Source of the DNA: an uncultured Draconibacterium sp.
Lineage (GTDB): Bacteria > Bacteroidota > Bacteroidia > Bacteroidales > Prolixibacteraceae
DNA: 64,000 bases
Direction of reading: 5' to 3'
Assembly: GCF_913060805.1 (NCBI RefSeq)
Contig: NZ_CAJXTC010000024.1
Location: 8,079 to 72,078 of the forward strand
This document shows positions 59,054 to 64,000 of the stretch, piece by piece (position 1 is the stretch's first letter; every line of letters begins with the position of its first letter). The notes under the pieces were generated by a model. It did no database searches, was not told the origin of the DNA, and saw only the letters and a program-made list of their open reading frames with translations. Position numbers and translations under genes: made by a program.

Positions 59054-61336
59054 ATGATAAAAAATATAAAATACCTAATGGGCTTGGTACTTTTAGTGAC
59101 AAGTGCTGTTGCCTCTTTCGGGCAGGATGATATGGATAAATTTGTATCAAACCTTCTGAATAAAATGACTCTGGAAGAAAAGCTTGGACAGATTAATTTG
59201 TCATCAGGTAATACCGGGGCAGTATTAGGAGGTGGAGGAGAAGGGCAGTTGGAAGCCATTAAAAAGGGCGAAATTGGTGCAACCGGTGGATCTTCTTTTG
59301 AGTCCATAAAGAAAATTCAAGACGCAGCAATGGAATCGCGTCTACAGATTCCGGTTTTGGTAGGCCTGGATGTTATACATGGTTACAAAACAATTTTTCC
59401 CATTCCCTTAGCTTTATCTTGTTCGTGGAATACCACCCTGATTGAGCGAAGTGCACAAATTGCGGCCAAAGAAGCCAGTGCTTCTGGTGTTTGTTGGACA
59501 TATTCACCCATGGTTGATATTTCACGCGATCCACGTTGGGGAAGAGTTTCTGAAGGATCGGGCGAAGATCCATGGTGGGGGGCTCAGGTAGCCAAAGCTA
59601 TGGTGCGCGGCTATCAGAGTAACGACCTGACAAAGAATAACACTATCATGGCCTGTGTAAAGCACTTTGCTTTATATGGTGCTTCCGAAGCAGGGAGAGA
59701 CTACAATACCGTAGATATGAGTCATCTTAGTATGTTTAATGGCTATTTTGAACCATACAAGGCCGCTTTTGACGAAGGTGCCGGTAGTGCCATGTCTTCC
59801 TTTAACCTGGTTGATGGAATCCCTGCAACAGGCAACAAATGGTTAATGTCTGATGTACTTCGTGAGCGTTGGGGATTTGATGGATTTGTGGTAACTGATT
59901 ATACTTCGATTAATGAAATGACAGCGCATGGACTGGGCGATCTAAAAAATGTTTCAGCACTTGCGCTTAAAGCCGGTATTGATATGGATATGCAAGGTTT
60001 GGGGTTTATCGGTACCTTGAAAGAGTCGCTTGATGAAGGATTGGTTTCAATGGAACACATAGACTCAGCCTGCCGCCGTGTATTAGAAGCTAAATACAAA
60101 CTGGGTTTATTTGAAGATCCATACCGCTATTTGGATGTAGAACGGTTAAACAGTGAGGTTCTGACAGATGCAAATCTGGAGGCTGCTCGTGAAGTCGCAA
60201 CACGTTCCATGGTCTTGTTGAAGAATGAAAATAATATTTTGCCCCTAAAAAAAGAAGGGAAAGTTGCCGTTATTGGACCGTTGGCCGAAGCAACTGGTGA
60301 TTTGTTAGGTGCATGGGTTATGTTTCGAAATAGGGAAATTGTCCCATCGATAGTAGACGGAATTAAAAATGTTGGTGGAGAAGATATTAATGTAGTTACC
60401 GCCAAAGGAGCTAATCTAACCGATGACCCATATCTGAGAAAGAGCCTGAGTTCCCCATACGCAATGTATATGGGTGAAAAAATGAAAATTGATGAACGTT
60501 CTCCTCAGGAACTTATCAATGAAGCTATTGAAGTTTCAAAAGATGCAGATGTAATCGTTGCTGTTTTGGGTGAATCAACAGCCATGTCAGGTGAAGCTTC
60601 CAGTAGAGCAGATATCAGTATTCCTGAAAGTCAACGAAAACTATTAAAATCTTTGTTAGAAACGGGTAACCCAGTGGTGCTGGTTTTGCTTAACGGGCGT
60701 CCACTTACCATTGAGTGGGAGAGTGAAAATGTACCTGCAATACTGGAAGCATGGGCTCCTGGTACAGCTGGAGGGAATGCCATCGCAGATGTTTTGTTTG
60801 GCGATTATAATCCTTCAGGGAAACTCACCATGACTTTTCCAAGAAGTGTAGGTCAGATACCTATTTATTATAATCATAAAAATACCGGTCGTCCTTTTGA
60901 TGAAGTAAATAAATTCACATCGAAATACTTAGATATTCCAAACGATCCACTCTATCCATTTGGCTATGGATTAAGTTATACCTCGTTTGAATACGGCGAT
61001 GTGAAATTAAATAAGACAAATTTAAAAGGGGACGATAAACTTTTGGCAACAGTTACTTTGACCAATATAGGCGACAGGGCAGGAGAAGAAGTTGTTCAGC
61101 TTTATATTTCCGATCCTGTGGCAAGTATTTCCAGACCTGTTAAGGAACTGAAGAACTTCAAAAAGGTGTTGCTTCAGCCGGGCGAGAAAAAAGAATTAGC
61201 TTTTATAATAGCACCTGAAGACTTAAAATTCTATAACTCAGATTTGATTTACGATTGGGAGCCTGGTACGTTCATAATTCAAATTGGCACCAATTCTCAA
61301 GATGTGAGCAAATCTGAAATTGTTTGGGAAAAATAA
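59054..61336 (+). CDS. Glycoside hydrolase family 3 (BglX-like periplasmic beta-glucosidase)
   Basis: 760 aa with MTLEEKLGQ, DVIHGYKTIFP, KHFALYGASEAGRDYN, GFDGFVVTDY (nucleophile), NPSGKLTMTFPRSVGQIPIYY and FGYGLSYT. Confidence 0.85.
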   Translation: MIKNIKYLMGLVLLVTSAVASFGQDDMDKFVSNLLNKMTLEEKLGQINLSSGNTGAVLGGGGEGQLEAIKKGEIGATGGSSFESIKKIQDAAMESRLQIPVLVGLDVIHGYKTIFPIPLALSCSWNTTLIERSAQIAAKEASASGVCWTYSPMVDISRDPRWGRVSEGSGEDPWWGAQVAKAMVRGYQSNDLTKNNTIMACVKHFALYGASEAGRDYNTVDMSHLSMFNGYFEPYKAAFDEGAGSAMSSFNLVDGIPATGNKWLMSDVLRERWGFDGFVVTDYTSINEMTAHGLGDLKNVSALALKAGIDMDMQGLGFIGTLKESLDEGLVSMEHIDSACRRVLEAKYKLGLFEDPYRYLDVERLNSEVLTDANLEAAREVATRSMVLLKNENNILPLKKEGKVAVIGPLAEATGDLLGAWVMFRNREIVPSIVDGIKNVGGEDINVVTAKGANLTDDPYLRKSLSSPYAMYMGEKMKIDERSPQELINEAIEVSKDADVIVAVLGESTAMSGEASSRADISIPESQRKLLKSLLETGNPVVLVLLNGRPLTIEWESENVPAILEAWAPGTAGGNAIADVLFGDYNPSGKLTMTFPRSVGQIPIYYNHKNTGRPFDEVNKFTSKYLDIPNDPLYPFGYGLSYTSFEYGDVKLNKTNLKGDDKLLATVTLTNIGDRAGEEVVQLYISDPVASISRPVKELKNFKKVLLQPGEKKELAFIIAPEDLKFYNSDLIYDWEPGTFIIQIGTNSQDVSKSEIVWEK

Positions 61337-61423
61337 TATTTAAGATATCTGAATAATTAAACAATAAAACAAGAATCAAACAACCTTGATTCTATTAATC
61401 CTTTTTAAACCAAAAAAATAGAA

Positions 61424-62569
61424 ATGAAAACTTATTCTACACTAGTTATTCTTCTTCTGCTAGTCTTACTTGGGGCAGGTAATTACAGTTATGCTCAGAA
61501 ATCTATTTCTGGGGAGTACGAAATGGTCGGAAGTTACAATCCGTTTGGAGACCTTGGCTCTGCAAGTGTTGCGCTAACCATAGCAGACGGCGGTAATGGC
61601 AAATACAAGGCTATAATGACCAGCGATGAAAGTATACCAACGCATACCATTTATCGCCCTCAAAATTTAAATGCCTTTGATGCTGAGAATCCATTACCGA
61701 TAATTGTTTTTGGAAATGGCGCTTGTTTTAACAGTTCTCAACAGCTGGTTGTATTTCTTACCGAAGTGGCATCGCATGGCTATATTGTTATCGCGCCCGG
61801 TCCGGTAAAAAATGTGGTTTTCGGTATGGATCCTTTTGAAAGTACAACTTCTCAGGCACTTCTAGATGCGATTGACTGGGCAATTGAACAGAATCAAAAC
61901 AAGGAAAGTCTGTTTTATAAAAAAATGGATGAAAATAAAATTGCAGCCATGGGAATGTCTTGCGGTGGAATGCAGGCAATTGAAATCTCAAAAGACCCAA
62001 GAATTGCAACAACCCTTGTCCTGAACAGTGGCGTATTTTCCCTTGGTTTTCCGGGATTACCAGAAGGCGTAAATATCGAAGATGTTATTGGTCAGAATAA
62101 TGAAGATTCTGAAAATAAAGCAGCTGAAGGTAGTGCAAGCGATGAAGAAGAAGATGATAATCCGATTGCAAGTTTAAAAATGGGATTGCCCAATGCGCAC
62201 ATTCCAGAATTGAAAAGTTTTCATTCACCTGTTTTATACGTTTATGGAGGCAAGTATGATATTGCAACAGTAAATGCTGAAGATAATTACCAGTACATTG
62301 GTGATATTCCTGTGTTTTTTGCCAGCTACGATTTTTCGGAACTTGTAGATAAACTTAGCATGGAGCGTCCGGGAGAGGACTTTTCTGGTTATGGTCATTA
62401 TCCGGCTACATATAAAGACCCTCACGCTGGTGAATTCGGAGAAGTTGCTGTCGCTTGGTTAGACTGGCAATTTAAAGGAGATAAAACTGCTGCCAAGCTA
62501 TTTCAGGGAAGTCCTTGTGGCCTTCAGCAAAAACAGAAATGGACAATTAAAAAGAAAAATATTGATTAA
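61424..62569 (+). CDS. Alpha/beta-hydrolase (dienelactone-hydrolase/chlorophyllase-like esterase) with internal acidic low-complexity insert
   Basis: 381 aa with a signal peptide, IIVFGNGAC, and nucleophile elbow GMSCGG. The acidic insert is NNEDSENKAAEGSASDEEEDDNP. Confidence 0.55.
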   Translation: MKTYSTLVILLLLVLLGAGNYSYAQKSISGEYEMVGSYNPFGDLGSASVALTIADGGNGKYKAIMTSDESIPTHTIYRPQNLNAFDAENPLPIIVFGNGACFNSSQQLVVFLTEVASHGYIVIAPGPVKNVVFGMDPFESTTSQALLDAIDWAIEQNQNKESLFYKKMDENKIAAMGMSCGGMQAIEISKDPRIATTLVLNSGVFSLGFPGLPEGVNIEDVIGQNNEDSENKAAEGSASDEEEDDNPIASLKMGLPNAHIPELKSFHSPVLYVYGGKYDIATVNAEDNYQYIGDIPVFFASYDFSELVDKLSMERPGEDFSGYGHYPATYKDPHAGEFGEVAVAWLDWQFKGDKTAAKLFQGSPCGLQQKQKWTIKKKNID

Positions 62570-62578
62570 TAAGAAGTT

Positions 62579-63706
62579 ATGACAGAACAAAAGACCTCGC
62601 GGTTTGTAGCCCTGGATGTTTTCAGAGGAATGACCGTTGCATTTATGATTATTGTGAATACCCCGGGAAACTATACAAAAGTATTTGCCCCATTTGATCA
62701 TGCTTCCTGGCATGGTTTTACAGCTGCCGATTTGGTGTTTCCATCTTTCCTTTTTGTGGTGGGGGCCGCAATAAGTTTTGTAATGAAAAAATGGAATACC
62801 CAACCTACAGGCAAAGTGGTTTGGAAAATTGTTAAACGTTCAATCATCATTTTTGTACTAGGCTACATTTTAATGTATCCCTATTCAATTATGATGAAAC
62901 CTGCAGTTCATGGTATCTTTCCGGCCTTTTCGCAAACCCGCATTATGGGGGTACTGCAACGTATTGCTGTGGCTTATGGAATTGTGTCACTGATGTTCTA
63001 CTATCTAAAACCGAGAACCATCGCCTGGGCAAGTGTTGCAATATTGATACTTTATTGGCCTGTGTTGGTCTTTTGGGGTAGCAGCCCCGATCCGTTAACC
63101 ATGCAGACAAACGCAGTCCTTAAGTTGGATATGTGGCTTTTGGGTGCAGGACATCTTTGGGTTGGCGATGGATTTCCGTTCGACCCGGAGGGTATTCTAA
63201 GTACAATTCCGGCTCTTGTAACGGTTATTTCAGGTGTTTTTGTAGGAAAATATGTGCAATCAAACGGTCGAACGTATGAAGGGCTTGCCAAATTATTTAT
63301 GGTTGGTTTAGTATGTTTCATCATTGCATATTTCTGGGACTTTGCATTCCCTATTAATAAAAAACTATGGACAAGTTCATTTGTACTTCATACGACAGGA
63401 CTAAATTGTATGTTGTTGGCTCTGATAATTTACGTACTCGATTTTCGTGGAATTAATTTTGGAGTGCATTTCTTCCAGGTGTTTGGCCGTAATCCACTGT
63501 TTCTGTACATGCTCTCCATGTTTGCAGCGTTGCTATTAATGATGATTCCTTTTCAGGGGACAAATTTACAAGGCTGGATTTATGAAAACATATTTGCACA
63601 TGCCGGCGAGGTCTTTGGCTCTTTTTTATATGCCGTAGTATTTATGCTATTGAATTGGTTGGTCGGCTATGTTCTTGATCGTAGAAAAATATATATAAAA
63701 GTTTAA
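62579..63706 (+). CDS. Heparan-alpha-glucosaminide N-acetyltransferase-like polytopic membrane protein (DUF5009/DUF1624 acyltransferase)
   Basis: 375 aa with ~10 TM segments. The N-terminal signature is RFVALDVFRGMTVAFMIIVNTPG...HASWHGFTAADLVFPSFLFVVGAA. Confidence 0.7.
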   Translation: MTEQKTSRFVALDVFRGMTVAFMIIVNTPGNYTKVFAPFDHASWHGFTAADLVFPSFLFVVGAAISFVMKKWNTQPTGKVVWKIVKRSIIIFVLGYILMYPYSIMMKPAVHGIFPAFSQTRIMGVLQRIAVAYGIVSLMFYYLKPRTIAWASVAILILYWPVLVFWGSSPDPLTMQTNAVLKLDMWLLGAGHLWVGDGFPFDPEGILSTIPALVTVISGVFVGKYVQSNGRTYEGLAKLFMVGLVCFIIAYFWDFAFPINKKLWTSSFVLHTTGLNCMLLALIIYVLDFRGINFGVHFFQVFGRNPLFLYMLSMFAALLLMMIPFQGTNLQGWIYENIFAHAGEVFGSFLYAVVFMLLNWLVGYVLDRRKIYIKV

Positions 63707-63717
63707 TATCATCGACA

Positions 63718-64000
63718 ATGAATAATTCACATAAAAGAAATGCAGGTTACATAAAAAATTGGATAACACGACGCTGCAAAATAAGTATGATAAACTTACT
63801 GTTTTCACTTTTTCTGTTTATTTCATCGAATGGTTTTGCACAGGAAGAGTTACCTCAACTTGGGAAAAGTTCGTTACAGGAAGTTATTGATGCGATGACC
63901 GTGGAGGAGAAGGTGAATCTGGTTGCAGCAAACGGAATCAGACAACCAGAGCTGCAAGGTCAGGTTATGGCATTGGGGCATTATATGTATGCAATCCCCC
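63718..64000 (+). CDS. Partial ORF running off the right edge, probably another GH3-type glycosidase N-terminus
   Basis: This ORF is not in the track because it has no stop. The frame is open from ATG 63718 (or ATG 63787, MINLLFSLFLFISSNGFAQ signal) to base 64000. The IDAMTVEEKVNLVAANG motif resembles the GH3 N-terminal MTxEEKxxL block of the two GH3 genes above. Confidence 0.4.
   Translation, partial: MNNSHKRNAGYIKNWITRRCKISMINLLFSLFLFISSNGFAQEELPQLGKSSLQEVIDAMTVEEKVNLVAANGIRQPELQGQVMALGHYMYAIP

Overview
This is a Bacteroidota-type chromosomal window: SusC/SusD genes, TAnnTTTG -7 promoter boxes, and a type-A RNase P RNA. All family calls come from motif recognition in the translated ORFs. 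No search tools were run.

The left third (1-18.4 kb) is housekeeping:
- a truncated OlsF-like aminolipid acyltransferase, YwbE, an ABC-F ATPase, and a stand-alone trpB
- a RAYT (IS200-like HUH transposase) flanked by three copies of a composite REP element
- an acyl-CoA ligase, queA, a DUF2027/Smr protein, and a four-helix-bundle (23S-IVS family) gene cassette
- rnpB and a CX5R phosphatase-like protein
- a minus-strand PAPS-forming operon: SLC13 permease, cysD, fused cysNC, and a UDP-sugar epimerase

tRNA-Lys(UUU) at 18.36 kb is followed directly by an IntDOT-like tyrosine integrase. Everything to its right looks accessory:
- a LytS/LytTR two-component pair, divergent from a three-gene RND efflux operon that carries a textbook LytTR-type direct-repeat site in its promoter
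- a membrane-embedded AraC-family regulator
- a unidirectional polysaccharide utilization locus (PUL) of at least 34 kb and about 20 genes, running off the right edge

The PUL holds SusC/D, rhamnosidase-like GH78 and GH106 proteins, GH20, GH2, GH43 and two to three GH3 enzymes. It also holds four canonical alpha/beta-hydrolase esterases, an SMP-30 lactonase, a DUF1593 protein, an HGSNAT-like membrane acetyltransferase, and a tandem pair of uncharacterised 710-aa secreted proteins with a predicted Ser-Asp-His triad.

The most novel-looking content is this esterase-rich PUL, especially the 710-aa paralog pair and the non-canonical regulator. No CRISPR array, rRNA or recognisable defence system was seen.
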